From positions 9,580,209 to 9,644,208 of the forward strand of contig NW_002060943.1 in assembly GCF_000150275.1 (NCBI RefSeq): DNA of 64,000 nucleotides. The letters run 5' to 3'. Position 1 is the stretch's first letter, and each line of letters opens with the position of its first letter. The DNA is from Trichoplax adhaerens. Lineage: Eukaryota > Animalia > Placozoa. Made by a program: the position numbers and the translations under genes. Positions 1 to 18,700 of the stretch are shown here, piece by piece. The notes under the pieces are model-generated. The model ran no database searches and had not been told where the DNA came from. It worked only from the letters and a program-made list of their open reading frames with translations.

Positions 1-3000
1 TGTGTAGTAAAATTCTTCGAACTTTTGTAATAGCCAATATTTCCAAGAATGAAATGGTAGAAGTTGCTCCGTCTCATTTTAATTCGGTCTTGTGTATTGA
101 TAAATGCATAAGTCGGAAGGTTTTTTTAACCTCTTGGTGAGCAACGTATAATACATACGCGTGTATATCAATACGAAGCATCTAATAGTGACGAGTAAAT
201 TTATCTGGCTTAATGTTACTAACAATCTAATATCTTCGCGTTTATTGCAATTTCTGTTATAGCAAAGATGGTATTATCAAAGTTTGGGATATAAATGCCT
301 GTCTTATTAGCGAAATCACCTTAGATCATACTTTATTGTCGGTAAACTTCTTACCAAAGCAAGGAGATATGCTATTAGGATTTAAAGGACATTTATTTTT
401 AATACCTGCAACTAAAAGTAAGAGGGCAAGGATAACGTAAATTTTAAATGACTTTATTAAAAATTTATAGCTGATTTAAAATTTCTACAAGGAATACTAT
501 GAATCATTAATTATTATGTCTGAAGTCAAAATTATCAAGTCTTCTGTTGCATAAATTTTTAAATATGTAAGATAGTGCTCTTATAAGAACATCTAATATT
601 TGCCCGATCTGAACTTAGTTTTTCAGCGTGAAATTGAAGATGCTAATCAATCTGATCATTATTCAGGTCTGTCATATGAAATTCTTTTAATTCCCACGCA
701 GTTTATCTTGATAACTGGTTAAAACTTTTATAATGCTAACTGCTAATGAAAATGAAGTCGATTAATCGTAATTTTTTATTGATACGTAACTAACCTTATA
801 GATTCAGAAGTGGCAGTGACAGATAACTTTATTGACAGTGTTAACACGCCAGAACAAGTGACAATGGAGGATTACTTGGTACATTAGTCATTCCACTATA
901 CTATGCGGTTCTTCAATTATAATTATTGGAAGAAAAACTTTAACATAGAATACTATTAACTGCACTACATTAGCACGTTTACAATGTTATATAACCTTAC
1001 AGTATTACATTGTTCTTTTATAATGATTAGATGCCCTACAAGCTATCCTTAGAAAATTCATGGTTTATCGAAAAGGATGATCAAACAGAAGGAAAGCGAG
1101 CACTTAAAAAAATATCAGAAATTCCCGTAAGATTCTGTGCCATATAACATATTGTACATGTTATTTACACTTTAAAACTGTAATTGTTGTAAAGAGATCT
1201 TAAGATTCCATCAAGATGTAAAATACTGATATGTATCGCAAGTTATGGAACTATTAATGATACTAATGTAGATAAATTCTGCCTAACACAAAATTCACCT
1301 ACTAAATATTATAGAAAAAGGTAGTTTCTGCGGAATCTGAAACCGATTATCGGGTTCCTATCGAAGTATATGAATCTTCGATGGAAGAAGAATCTGATAT
1401 TTCAATCAACTTTGAAGAGATATCTCTCGGGAAGTCCCCAATGAGCACTCCCTTTTCTTCAGAAGCTAGTGGAAGTGAAGAACTTACCGATATGAAGGTG
1501 CAAAAAAGTATTAGATATGAAGTGTACATGTAACTGACTCGGAACCTTGTTTATTAATTATATTTAGCAGTGCGTGCATATGTACAATATTGATTATGGC
1601 GACAAAGTTTAGATTTTTCTATAATTATTAGTTATGCATCTTCATTTGTTAATTGTTAGTTATGAGATCTTATATTGTTATAACATTATAAGTTAATTAA
1701 ATCCTGCTTAAATTATTCCTTAAAATCCTTATTTAAATATTCATTATAGAAAAGCGATAATTTTCCTCAATGGGATGGTACAACGGAACTGAGTTAGTTG
1801 AATAACTAGGCTGCAGATTAGATATTAGCTTCAGTCAGTTTAAGATCTGATCTCCTTCTGATTTAAATAATATTGTTGCATTAGATTTCAATGATTATAA
1901 CAAAATCAAAAGGTTACATTTGAACAGTATTTAAATTATTCATTATAGACAAATCACCAGATGTTATCCAACTGGAATACTTATTAGCATCGTCGCAAAA
2001 TAAGAAAAATACTAAGGTACTGTTCCGAAGGAATTGCTCCTCTTCAGGTAGTCTTACACATAATTATAATAGTACGAGTTAACGATTGCTATCAAAAGGT
2101 AATTGCGGCTAGGTCAGCTATTTTGTGCGATTAATTATTTTATTTCTACCCTATCGATTCTTACAGTCTGAATTTGTAATAACATTATCCAATATTATTA
2201 TTATCGATATTGCTATTGGTACCCTTTGAGAATTTATACTTACGAGCTTACCGTTTGTTATATCGAATCCAGGTAGAAAATGGTCAAAGACCAACTAAAA
2301 GGAAAGTAGTTAGACGTAGCCGTAAAGATAGAATAAAGTCGTCAGAAACAACTAAGAATCGTGGAAAAGAAATTAAAAATTTAAAAGATGCCAAAAAAAC
2401 TGATCGACAAAATTTTAAAGTCACTGAAGCTGCTAAAGTTTTATCTGCTGTTGAAAGTAATCGCGAAGCAAAAAGTCAGTCAGGTATTGTATTAATTTTA
2501 AAGTTTTTGGTTTGATTTTTAAAATAAAATGTGCTTATATTGTCTTTAAGCAGTAATTGCGATAGGTATGACAATTCTTCATTGAAATTTTAAAAGGCTA
2601 TAGGCAAGATGACAAGTATTACCGAAATAATAACGCACAAAGGTTTGACGTAAAAGATCATGCTAAAACTGATACAATCAATGAAAAAGAGTTCAACCCT
2701 GTCATAGATGATGTCGTAAGTGATGAGTCGAGAGGTATTAGAGAAAACGACAGTGTATCAGGGTCTTATAAAACTACTACTAGCGGCGTTCAACGGAATT
2801 ACAGACCTAGGAATATTTTACAGCGTAGTAATACGGCATTAGATAATATTAGAATTCAGGAAAAAACTAATGCCTTAAATGGAACCAATTCACCCTGTAG
2901 TTATACTGGAAAGAGCAATCGAGCAATCGTTAGAACTAGATCAGAATTAGTTTATAAATCGGTATCGCATGTTAATCGTAAAGAAAAACTGCGTAAACAT

Positions 3001-4618
3001 CAAGAAATAAAAACTAATCAAAAAGAAAAAGAATTCTCTCGACCAGAAATTCATATTCAAACCGGGAAGGTTCAAAAGAATCATTTTGATGATAGCTATA
3101 GAATCGATCATGGGCATTCTCCTCTTGCTGTAGATGCTCCTCTTACAACTTCCTCTGAAAATCACTTTGATTTTATCATTGAAGATGAATGTGAATTGTT
3201 AGCTAGTAGTACTGATATTGAAATTCAAGATGTTCATCAAGACTACAATAAAAAAAGTAAGACAAATCAATTTTTATTTCTTAATAATGTTGGGATTATA
3301 TTTGCAATTTTTTCGGGTTCTAACTGAGAATTTCACTGAATATCACAGTTGTCATCAATCAAGAATCCCAAAATGCTTCAGGCATTCACGCACCTGTTTC
3401 CTTAACTCAGATGAATAGATCGAAAATAAAAAATAGAAGGGTAATTAATATATTTTTTGATATAATGTCTTTAATGCATCAGTCAAATAAATTCAATTCC
3501 CTGTTGATACGCTAGTTTATATTTTTGGTAACTTGAACTCAATTTTTATTTTTACAGTTGGATAAAGTCTCGTCTATTAACGATAATAAGAAAAGTCACG
3601 AAATTAGAGATAAGTACGATTTATTTGTATCCTAAGCATGCTATGGATTATTTTATATTTGATTTCCTAAGTTAAATCTTCGGCTATTGAGTATTATCTA
3701 AATACATATAATGAACAATAATCTCTATTAGGCAAAAGCCATCAACAGTGGACGTGAACCCGTTTAATTCTCAAGTCCCGATTCACTATCCACCCGATTG
3801 GTATATAAAATACATTCAAAGGTGATGATATACTTTATACAATAAATTGATACTTTCAATTATTTTACTATTAAATTATATCCTTAAGAGCTCAACGAAT
3901 ACATAATAGTTACAGCCATCAACTTACTATCCAGACTTTACAGAGATGGTATACTAAAAGCATGTGCATGTTTATTAGTATTACAAATGTCTTTTTTAAT
4001 ACGATATGACTACATTTATTAAATTAAAAGATGGACAATATACGAAATTTATCTAATTTCATTAGAAATCGTCTCTATTAATTTGTAAAGGTTTTTGCGA
4101 GTACCGGTATGTTGACTAAAGTTGTGTACCGTGAAATATCTATAGGTCTTACTAGTAGCAACGATTATATAATATAAAAGGGAAATTGCAGGTCTTTACT
4201 CTAGGACTTTAAATACGAGTATTAAGGATCAAAGTATTTGGTGTAAAAGTACACCTTTTGCGTAAAAATAGACTTCTTTTATACTGAAGTTATCTACGGT
4301 GTAGTCCTATGAATTTAACATAATCCGAGATACCATATGATGATACTGTAATAAAAAGAATAGAAAATGTAGTCTTTATCAATGATTATATTTTATGTCA
4401 TTGTTTTTGTGGACAAGTATTGGACCACCGTCATTTTAATTTTGATATTCTATATAATTATGACGTATGAATATTGTTTTTCTTATTTTATAACGCTCAG
4501 ATTGCGCCAGTTAAAGGAAGAAAGGAGAGATAAACATGTTAATGCTGCTAAGAAGCGTCTGGAATTAGAAACAGAGAGATTAAAACGTCAAAGGAATCTT
4601 ATTTGGAACAAACTATAA
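1..4618 (+). CDS. WD40-repeat protein with long low-complexity/charged C-terminus (WDR87/WDR97-like), 5'-truncated, multi-exon
   Basis: Exon ~263-417 reads KDGIIKVWDINACLISEITLDHTLLSVNFLPKQGDMLLGFKGHLFLIP, a WD40 end motif resembling the last repeat of WDR87/WDR97. Further GT-AG exons encode acidic and basic stretches (1315-1498, 2273-2483, ~2553-3256). Last exon LRQLKEERRDKH...LIWNKL* ends at 4618. Family assignment is from recalled similarity only. Confidence 0.65.
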
Positions 4619-6209
4619 TGACGTATAAATTCTTAGTCAAAGTATTTTATTCCAGCTTTAAATTTAGTAAATAGCTATACTGTATATAGAGAACGGCAAT
4701 CTACAAGAATAGATTGGACTGATGCTATCCAATTGCATTTATCTTTTCCATCATTCTGTATGTAGAGTTGCATGTAGACTTACATCCATAATGTAGCGAT
4801 TAATACAATTCTTTGATTAACTACTCTGTATTGTATATTATTGTATTGCATGGAGATGCAGGAATGTAAATGTAGGATAACGTTCTGTATATTTATTTTA
4901 CGTTTACTTGTTGTCAGTTTCGCGATCGCTGACATATATGTTAAAGGTTTAATTCAAAATGGTGAAGGGAACTTCGCAATATGAGGATTTATATGGAATA
5001 AGTTTGTTGTCGTTTATGATGGTCAATCAATCAGAAAATTTGTTAATGCGCTGTATCAAATATTAAATAATGAGTACACAGTGTCCAAGACAGATTATTA
5101 TTTCATTGCAAATTTTCTGTTACGTAAAGTATGAGGCTGAATTATGCTTCATTCTATTTATGAACATGGTTGAAGATTAATAGAAAATTACTTATATTCT
5201 GTATTTCTGTAGCGAATTGTTCAGTAGCACAATATCTTTTCAATTGAGCACAAGTATTCTTACGAGTACACGTTGTTGTAGTTTAAGTATACGTTATAAT
5301 TACACTACTGTGCTAGGTGATGCTACTAGTTCTTATTCTTTGAACTGAAGTTAGCTGGGATTTGCTACACAAAATGTAATAAATACATATAATATACGAG
5401 AAGTCTGTGATAGTGAATTGATAGAATGGATTTAGAATACGTTAATCGATTTATTGGCATTTTTTGTAAGACCAAGCCAAGTACAGTAGTTCCATAAAGT
5501 CAATTTCTTTATATAAAGTAATAAAGTAAAACTGTGCAAAATTTTAATTTGATATAGCACTCCTTTTGTAGCGAATGTATCTATTCAAACTACAGTATAC
5601 TGATTTATAAAAATTCTTAAATTTCAGCGTGAAGCAAAATTATGGTTATCTGTAACCAAAAATTTATTAAATGAATTACCTTGATAGAATTACGTAAACT
5701 TTTGGTGGAATACGTGTATTTTTTTGTTATGGCATACAGGCCATTGACTTCTGTACATTATGTGACTGCAATACATAACACTCTACAAATTAAGATACAG
5801 TAATTGGAGAGATAGCGGTATTATCATGACATCACATATTTTCAGGATTCATTAACGAAGTCGTTTAAATTCATTTTTGTTAAGGAATAGTTTGATGTTA
5901 TTTTTCATTTTACTAATACCTGTAGGCTTTAGCAGTGTCAACTTATTCATCCACTTACGTAATAGCTAGTTCAATCGCTCGCGCATTAAATTTGAAATAG
6001 ATATGAATTATCTACGGTTATAGCTGTTCAATGTTATACATTAAAATTATAATCGATTGTTAAAATACTTGCATTAAGGAGTATAAAATCAGGTGTACAA
6101 TGTTGGCGTTTCAAGTCAGACCGTTTAGTTATTATTATATAGTCTAAAATTTACTATTTAAGCAATTAAACTTATTGAATTGTTATCATTACCACATAAC
6201 ACTAAAGGC

Positions 6210-9172
<2,963 letters not shown>

Positions 9173-9329
9173 ATCCTTACTTATTGGGCTATTAGCAACT
9201 GAACCGGCTCAAATACGGTATAACAGCTTCACAATTTGACCGTTGTTCTTCGATACTTATTGAGAACCTTGACGTAAATCCGTGCTGATGGTCATCCAGC
9301 TGCCAGATTGGTTGGTTTTATTAATTGGA

Positions 9330-9790
9330 ATATATAGCACTGTATAGTACAGTATAACAACAGTCTAGACCTAACAAAAGGTACCATTTTCGGTAGACCT
9401 GTACTATAGTCCACTATACAGAACAGTACAGTACGTCAGCATTTGCAGGGGTTAAGGTGTACAGTACTGTACTGTACAGTGTATAGTTGTGACATTTATA
9501 CTGTAAGATCTCAGACGGACAGAAAGACTGCAAGACATAGAGGATATAATTTTCTTTTACTTCTACTATACAGTACAGTATAATGTACTGTACTTAGCAA
9601 CTTGACGAAAGTTATCAATTTGTAACCTTCTTTGCCATCGGCTATGATAGCAATTTACGATCTTAATCGAACACATTTTGATGTCTCGCTCATTCAAAGT
9701 TATAAGTTAACAGTACAGTTTTCAATCAGCTTCAATCCAAATTTACCCACAGTACTTTTACTCTACCGTTACCTTACTGTACTATACGGA
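9330..9790. repeat. Degenerate TACAG/CTGTA pentamer tract upstream of PDHB
   Basis: Clusters such as gtacagtactgtactgtacagtgta (~9459-9484) and tacagtacagta (~9569-9580). Confidence 0.8.
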
Positions 9791-10401
9791 CATACAGACG
9801 CCGAGAAGGACGCGGCCTCACTCTCTCTGACTGCAAGCCTTGCACGTGCTCTCCCGCATAGTTGTTGCTGACAGTCATTACGGTAAAGCGAAGTAGTATA
9901 AACTAGTAAAATTGAGTAGTAAATGGGAGTAGTTAAGGACTTCGATCTACTGTAGATAAAACTAGAGGTAAAGGAAAAATGGTTCAAATCATGGACCATT
10001 ATGTCTTCTTGCAATGGTCCATAGTTAAAGGCAGGCGAATTGAGATGGGAAATAACTGCGTAGATACAAGTAGTTACTTAGTTAGCGTGGACTGTGGTCT
10101 ACTGTACAAAAATTAATAACTTGGCACTGGTTAATATCTCTGTTTGTTGTTTCCCTTTACTACTATAATGTACAGTGTTCAGGGACACCTACCACAAGAA
10201 AGAAAGTGCTCCGTGTCCAATTAAACTATGGACAAATGTAGTAAATACTGCACTACTTGTATACAGTATAAGCATCAATTATACAATTATAGTTTATTGC
10301 ATTTCAGGATTTACGCTGAATATGATCCTATGAATAATGGTCGAACAGTTTATTATAATTTCATAATCATGAGATCTCTACCAGACAAAACATTTTAGAG
10401 T

Positions 10402-11586
<1,185 letters not shown>

Positions 11587-11607
11587 TGACTCTAACCAAC
11601 TTCTGGA

Positions 11608-11636
11608 CAGAAAAATCGAAAAGGCCGAGAGAGAAG
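11608..11636 (-). promoter_or_regulatory. Polypyrimidine (TCT/5'TOP-like) start site of RPS23
   Basis: Minus strand CTTCTCTCTCGGCCTTTTCGATTTTTCTG begins ~50 nt before the ATG, typical of ribosomal protein gene start sites. Confidence 0.6.
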
Positions 11637-11696
11637 TTGATTCTTAGCTATATACGGAACAAAATGACGAACGGACACACCACGCAAGACTGGTTC

Positions 11697-12070
11697 GTAC
11701 TAGTACTGTACCGTACAATGTACAGTACACTGTATATAGTACTGTACTGTACTGTACAGTACTGTACTGTACACTACAGATGCAGAAAGCGCATAACCGC
11801 GGCTTAAATCCAGTATGGATAACATTATCAGTATGTACTGTACTGTACTATACTGTACAGTACTGTATACTGTATAGTCCATGACTATACACAGTACAGT
11901 ACTGTAGCAACATTTAACATTTATCAGTACTATTGTACTGTACTACAATAAATAAATACCAACTACAGTATCCTGTACTGTACACTGTACAGTATATTGC
12001 ATACTGCACGGTATCCTGTAGTTGGTATTTATTTATTTATTTGTACGGAACTGTAATAAAAGTGTACAGT
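11697..12070. repeat. TACAG/CTGTA pentamer array upstream of RPS23
   Basis: Runs such as agtactgtactgtactgtacagtactgtactgtac (11738-11772) with strand switches at AGTACT/TGTACA palindromes. Confidence 0.9.
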
Positions 12071-13310
12071 AGAACATCGTATAAATCAACCCGTTGTACT
12101 CATATTTCAACCAAATAAAAAGTGTTCTGCACACAGATCGATGTCCCTTGACTGCCATATTGAATGAATTAATTATTAGAATCTTCCTAATTAGCTTTAG
12201 AGTATCATTTTATAACCAAATTTCGTTTTTAATTACTGTTAAGAATTTTGATTAACTTCGGTTACTAGTTTATTGTTTATAGGCACTCATGTACTGTAAG
12301 TTAGTTAATTCATGTTGCGGGCGTTATCCAACATTGATACCAGTGCAGTCAGTATGCTGTGTAGTTACTGAATAAAATAATTATAGATTTAAGAGTGAAA
12401 GATTGACGGCACTTTCTATACTCGTACAGTAACTAGTTTTATCGTTTTATTATTCAGACTGGTTGTATCAGATAATCTAGTGCTAATAAAGTTTTACAAG
12501 TACGAGCATGTTCGAAATTCTTATAAATTTCGATTGGGGATAACTTTGAGCTTAATGAAACAGTTATGTTATAGTATCTTGTATTTTCTTAAAAAATAGA
12601 GCATTGGATCGGTTTGCCACATTGTCAGCTTCAGTTTTCGTATCATATATCTCACGTTATATACGGTACGGTACGTCAGTTAAAATTGTCATTTGTAATG
12701 GAAATATAGGAAACTAGCTACTCGCCTATTCACAGTAACGGAGGTATCATCGGTTAATTAATTATGACTATATAATACTGTCCATTCTACTAGGCTTTCC
12801 GAGCACAATCAACAATAGGATCTACCATCTATAAAATACACGTATGTCTTTATACAGACACAATTGTAATCTATTAAGGTAAAAGTCATGTAAGTGTGAA
12901 ACAGGGATTTATAAAACTAGGTATTATAGTCATTAACATTACCAACATAACATAGTAATATGAAAGTCAAGATGAAATAGCTATTAACGCTAAAGGTATA
13001 GCTTCAAATTAGTTATTCTATTATTGACTCATTGGATCGGTCAAGTTTATTTTTCCGTATCATTTGCGATGGATACGAGTATCCAGTTAAAGGACAACAT
13101 TAGAATTAAATGCACAGGAGAAATGACACAAAAACTGTTTATTCTGTAACATTGCGTCTTGATTTCAAAATAATGTGATACAGGTAATGCTGTACCAATG
13201 TAAATATGATACGATTGCAATCTTTGATTCTATTATCAGTGATAATAGGATTAAGGGTTGCAATTGTGTTGCAATATATGAGAAACTAAAGACTTGTCCA
13301 CAAAACCGCT

Positions 13311-14699
13311 TTAATCGATAAATTGAGCAAGCCAACGAAATCCTGACAAATGAGAGATATATATAAGTACTGATATAATACCGTTGCCTAAAGGTTACAT
13401 AAATTGGATCTAACCTTCGCCGTATCCTTGCCGTCTAAGCACACTACACATGAATAATTCCATTGGTCTACCCTGAATTTCATTAGCAGACAATGTGCCC
13501 TATATTTTGTATAAACATATACATATATTTATATAAAGTTTTCAGCTGTTGGTTTAGCTATTGTCCGTATATTAAATTTTGTTATATTTTATTACAACTA
13601 CTGTTACTGTGTCAATAAAGGTAAGCTAACTTCAAATCTAATTAGTTGCAGACGAGAATGTATCTCATATAGTTATATTTTATTTATTAGGTGATGGGGA
13701 AAGATGATCATAATACGCCCTTTGATACCTTTCCAGTGGTTTGATTATGTAGTCCAAATACACTACGAATCTCATCTTCTCCAGCGGCGTTCGGATGATC
13801 AATTTTATTACCAAGAATTAAAATGGGTGTATCAGCAATTTGTTCATCCGTTAATAAACTCTAGTTTTAACAAATCAATTTTAAATTATTAAGAGCGATA
13901 TCCTATTTTAAACGGTTTAATATGATTACTCAAGCAATTATTTAGTCCAATAAATGAATAATCAAACGAATTTAATTTAATCGATCTTACGTCTAATTCC
14001 ACTTTTGATTCATAAAATCGTTCTCTATCGCAAGCATCAACCATGAAAACTATTCCGTCGACTGCGGGGAAGTAGTCCTTCCAAACACGGCGAGCTACCG
14101 CAGTAATTTGAAAATATAGGAGACTTAATATCGGGTGAGGTGAACTTAGATAGTAATTGTACTTTACTGACCTTGCTGATGACCACCTAGATCAAAAGTT
14201 GTGAATTTCATTCCTCCCATACTTAATTCTTCGGAAGCTAATCAAGAAAAATGCCATATCTTCAGCAATGAGCTCAATAGATTGTTATGTGCCTAGCTAA
14301 GTCTAAAATATCTTGTTTCTTTACAAAATCAGTCAGTTTCAGATTTTGTTGTATTTGTAATAGCTAATGCAAATACAACAAGATCTTCATGATGTATTGG
14401 AGAGTTTCGTTGTCGTACAGTCTATTGTTATAAAATAACTTACTAGGGTGAAGGGTAGGAACATGTTGAGCCATTCTGTCGTCCTTTAGCATATGCAAAA
14501 GTGTCGTTTTTCCGGCATTATCCAAACCGAGAAAAACTAGTTTTCCGCTCTTTCTCCACAATCCTGCAACACGAAAAATTCCATTACAAAAGGTACAAAA
14601 TGCAAAAGTTAGACGCTTTACGGCAAAGTCGATGAAAACTAAAGGAATTTTCTTACCTAGATACGATAATACATTGGTGAACCAGTCTAAGATGAACAT
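13311..14699 (-). CDS. SAR1: Small COPII GTPase Sar1 (multi-exon)
   Basis: [15 protein letters not shown]|[39 protein letters not shown]; [11 protein letters not shown]|[21 protein letters not shown]; [11 protein letters not shown]; [19 protein letters not shown]|FRWLAQFID*. Probable 5'UTR intron ~14732-15003. Confidence 0.98.
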
Positions 14700-15159
14700 T
14701 TCTATCGATATAGCGTATAGTATGTGTTGACCTATTGAAATTGATACGTAACAGAATTTCAGAAGACAGCATAAACATCAATAGATTTTGATTTCGCAAC
14801 AAAATTGCATGAAAAGACTTGTGGTAAGAAATTTAAATAGTATCAATGAATAATTTTTTCGTTGTCAATACCAGATCAAGGTAGACGATAATAACTTGTT
14901 GATAGTCACTTTTTGACAAGAGTGTTGGAAGTACAGTATAAAGTAATTTGATTTTTACTTTGAATGTCTTCTCAAACGAAACGTCATGGCTTCGAAAGCT
15001 TACTCTTAATACAGAGTGCAGTTGAATGTAAGAAGAAGGAAGCAAAAAGATAGTATTTAACAGGGAATGTAGAGTATGGAACTGTGCTATACTGTATGGA
15101 ATCTACTAGTGATCACACCATTGTGGTACTGTAAAAATGACCTCTGGGACTCTGCTGTA

Positions 15160-15575
15160 AAGTACCGTGCCGTACCGTACCGTACCATACCGTACTATCA
15201 TGTCACAGTGAACTCTAAAAATCTGCGTAGTGTACAGTACAGTACTGTACTCAAAAGTTTTTATACTGTACTGTACTGTACAGTGTACAGTACAACTTGT
15301 TACAAGTACTGCACTGTACAGTACAGTACAGTACAGTACAGTACAGTACTGTACTCTACTGTACTCTACAGTAGAGTACTGTACTGTACTGTACAGTGTA
15401 CAGTACAACTTGTTACAAGTACTGCACTGTACAGTACAGTACAGTACAGTACTCTACTGTACTCTACAGTACTGTGCCAAGTCTAAATGTACTGTACTCT
15501 ACTGTGCCAAGTCCAAATGTCGCTCTCTGACCCTGGTTACAGTACTGTACACTGTACAGTGCCGTACTGTACAAG
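15160..15575. repeat. TACAG/CTGTA array in the SAR1/PSMD6 divergent promoter, with an internal ~115-bp duplication
   Basis: Block ...gtacagtgtacagtacaacttgttacaagtactgcactgtacagtacagtacag... occurs at ~15270-15360 and ~15385-15470. tactgtgccaagt(c)taaatgt occurs twice at ~15469-15520. Confidence 0.92.
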
Positions 15576-15790
15576 TGCTGCATCATGACGTGGAACCATA
15601 GAACGTATTGTGCGTAGATCCTATGAAGTTCAGTCTGAACACACAGTGAGTAAAGAGGACATTTGTACCTGTTGGAGATTTGATCAGCGTTGGAACAAAG
15701 AGACTAAAGGAAAGCACAAAATCAAGCAAGCGACTGAATATTAACGATTCGACTTGGATTATAATTATTATAAACTATTTACTTTAAGCC

Positions 15791-18700
15791 ATGGAAGAAG
15801 AAGGATTATCTAATATACCAAATCTGCAAATCGCCAGACTGAAGTTTTTATGCACAATGCCGGAATATGATATGAATCAGAAGGGCCAAGCTAAAGAACA
15901 ATTAATGAAGAACATAGAAGCTGCCAGTTAGTCACATACCTTAACCTACACTTATTTACTGAACCACAATATTAAAATATATTCCTAATAAAATATAATC
16001 TTTATAATGTGAATCACAGATAATTCGTATGCGTAATATTGAAATTAAATTACTGTAGTGGGTACTTGCTTTGTTTGTACTGCAATATACCGTACAGTAC
16101 TCTAGCTGTCAATTCGAATTACTTATCTGTCTACACAGTTATACTGTAATCTTCATGAATATTAGCAGCTAAGTATTACACTAACTGTAAGAATATAAAT
16201 ACTGCATTTTATGTTAAAAATCTTGTTAGTAGCTTTAATCTTCAAATACAGTATAGCAGAATGTTCTTGAACTTACTTTACAACACTAGATATGGCCCCT
16301 TTCTATCAGGAGATTTGCAGAGAAATGAAATGGGAAGTTGATGATAAGCTCCTTAACAAAATGAAACTCACTAACCAAGCAGAATTGAAGAGACTTAGTG
16401 ATGCCCTTGAAGATGCGGAAAAAAATCGTGGGGAGTCTGAAGTACGCGATATCATGCTGGAAAAAGCGGAATACTTATCTAAAATTGGTGATAAGGTGTG
16501 TAGTGAGCCTGTACGCGTTGACGGAAACCAATTTGTTTCCAGTGTTAAATGGTATCAGAATCAGTAATTGTATCTATGTCATCTAATACTTGTATGGCGT
16601 ATCTTTTAATCGTATACAGGATGGTAGCTTGATTGCGCTTAGGCAAACTTACGATAAAACCATGGCCCTCGGTCAAAAAATGGACATCATTTTTCATTTA
16701 ATTCGAATTGGTTTTTTTTACACGGATCATGATCTGATTAAACGTAATATTCAGAAAGCTGAAAGGTACTACATACTATTACTAACTAGCATTCAATACG
16801 GAGTAATTTTATTACAAGTGAGCGTATGAAAGTATATAGTAAAACTGTTAATGAGATATATTTGATTTGCCTTTTGACTCAGTCGAATAAGGGTTGGTAA
16901 TGTACGGACGTTAGTCTTGCTGTTTAGCATTAGGGGCCTTATTATCTTATGGAAGATTATTAAAATATCGTAATACAGTGGCTATCGAGTGTTAAATTAG
17001 TGGATTAGGGCTTGAAAGTTCCCAATATGGTCTAAAGCATAGCATAGTTAGTCTAGTAATACTCTATTTGATGCATACCACTTGTGATACAGTACAATTT
17101 GTCTGTTGATTAGCGTTGTATAAGAGCGTTGTATGGCTTTGTATGTCTCGTATGATATAGATAAAGATGCTACTGTGGAGTAGCTGCGATCTATGGCAGT
17201 ATAGACTATGGAGATACAGACAGTGCTATGAGAGCACTATTCGCATGCAAAGTAGAGTGATTGGGATATTAATGTTGTCCATAGCAATCATACTATTCGC
17301 AATAATAGTTATGCGTGTAATATAACCAAATACGCCTATTTATTCCGGAATTCAATCTGCATTCTTATTTTCAAGTTAAAATTCGTCTATACGGTATTAT
17401 AATTACCATTTACGTAAATAATCACCCCAATTATTAAAAGGAGACGATTACGGTATGCGTTCTGTATTGTTGGATGCTGCAATATACAAAGATAGATTAA
17501 TCAAATTCTATATCGATGCCACTGTGTAAGCATGCTTTCTTAGAAGATGCGAGCATAGTTACGTAGTACTGTACTATACCTAGTGCTAGTAAATAAATAC
17601 TACTGTGCATGCTTAAAATTTTACTTAATAACAGCATCGTTTATATTTACAGTTTACTTGATGAAGGAGGCGATTGGGATCGTCGGAATCGTTTGAAAGT
17701 TTATCGGGGTCTTTACGCACTGGCAATTAGAGATTTCAAAACGACTGCCACATCGTTTTTGGACACGATTTCAACGTTTACTTCTTATGAGTTAATGGAC
17801 TACAAGCAATTTGTAATATATACTGTCGTTGCATCAATGATTTCATTGGAACGTGTGGACTTGAAAGATAAGGTTATAAATATATTATAATCGGACTTAG
17901 ATTTCGTATCTCACTACGGTTTCGATTAGATTGAGTCTGATTCTTAACAACTACTTCGTTATATAAGCTACAATCTTAATAAATATCTGTTAACGATATA
18001 GGTCGTAAATGGTTCCGAGATTTTAGAAGTGTTACATGAACTACCCAAGATTAAAAGTTTTCTTAATTCATTGTATTACTGCAACTATGACCAGTTTTTT
18101 GTAGCTCTTGGTGAGTCTAGCGTAATAATTAATTTATTCGCAGTTGGTAATGGTACAGGTAAATCTATCTTCTTTGTATACCATATATTTCAAGGTGACA
18201 TTGAGCAGATAATGAAATTCGATAGATATACGTATCTGCATTATCGCTATTACGTGAATGAAATGAAAATCAGAGTTTACAAGCAGTTACTACAATCATA
18301 TAAGAGCCTAACACTGCAGTATATGGCTAATGCGTTTGGAGTTTCAACCGAATATATCGATAAGTAAGATTTCGAATTGTCTATAAAAAGGCGGTTGTGA
18401 AATTATAGATATTTTGTTAACGTTTTGGCAAAATTTTTAGGGAATTATCTCGCTTAATTGCAGCTGAGCGCCTTAATTGCAAGATTAATAAAGTTATGGG
18501 TTTCGTTGAAACGAACAGGTACTGTAGTGATGAAATTTATTTTAGAATAAGTTAGTTGTTAGTACGTGAATATCAATGGTGTACGCAATTTGTAGACTTT
18601 TATTGAATCTAAGATTAAAAGTAGAACTACGTTTATTCATCTGTAAATTCTACTTATTTTGATGTAATACAGACCTGACAGTAAGAATCGCCAATATCAG

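Noticed and set aside
15076-15601. ORFs rich in YSTVQ/VLYCT (also 11586-12118 and 39835-40097)
   Set aside because: These are stop-poor translations of the pentamer arrays.
16770-17650. Long PSMD6 intron with small hairpins and a 38-codon antisense open block
   Set aside because: The stems are only ~6 bp, there are no snoRNA boxes and no partner exons; compatible with chance.
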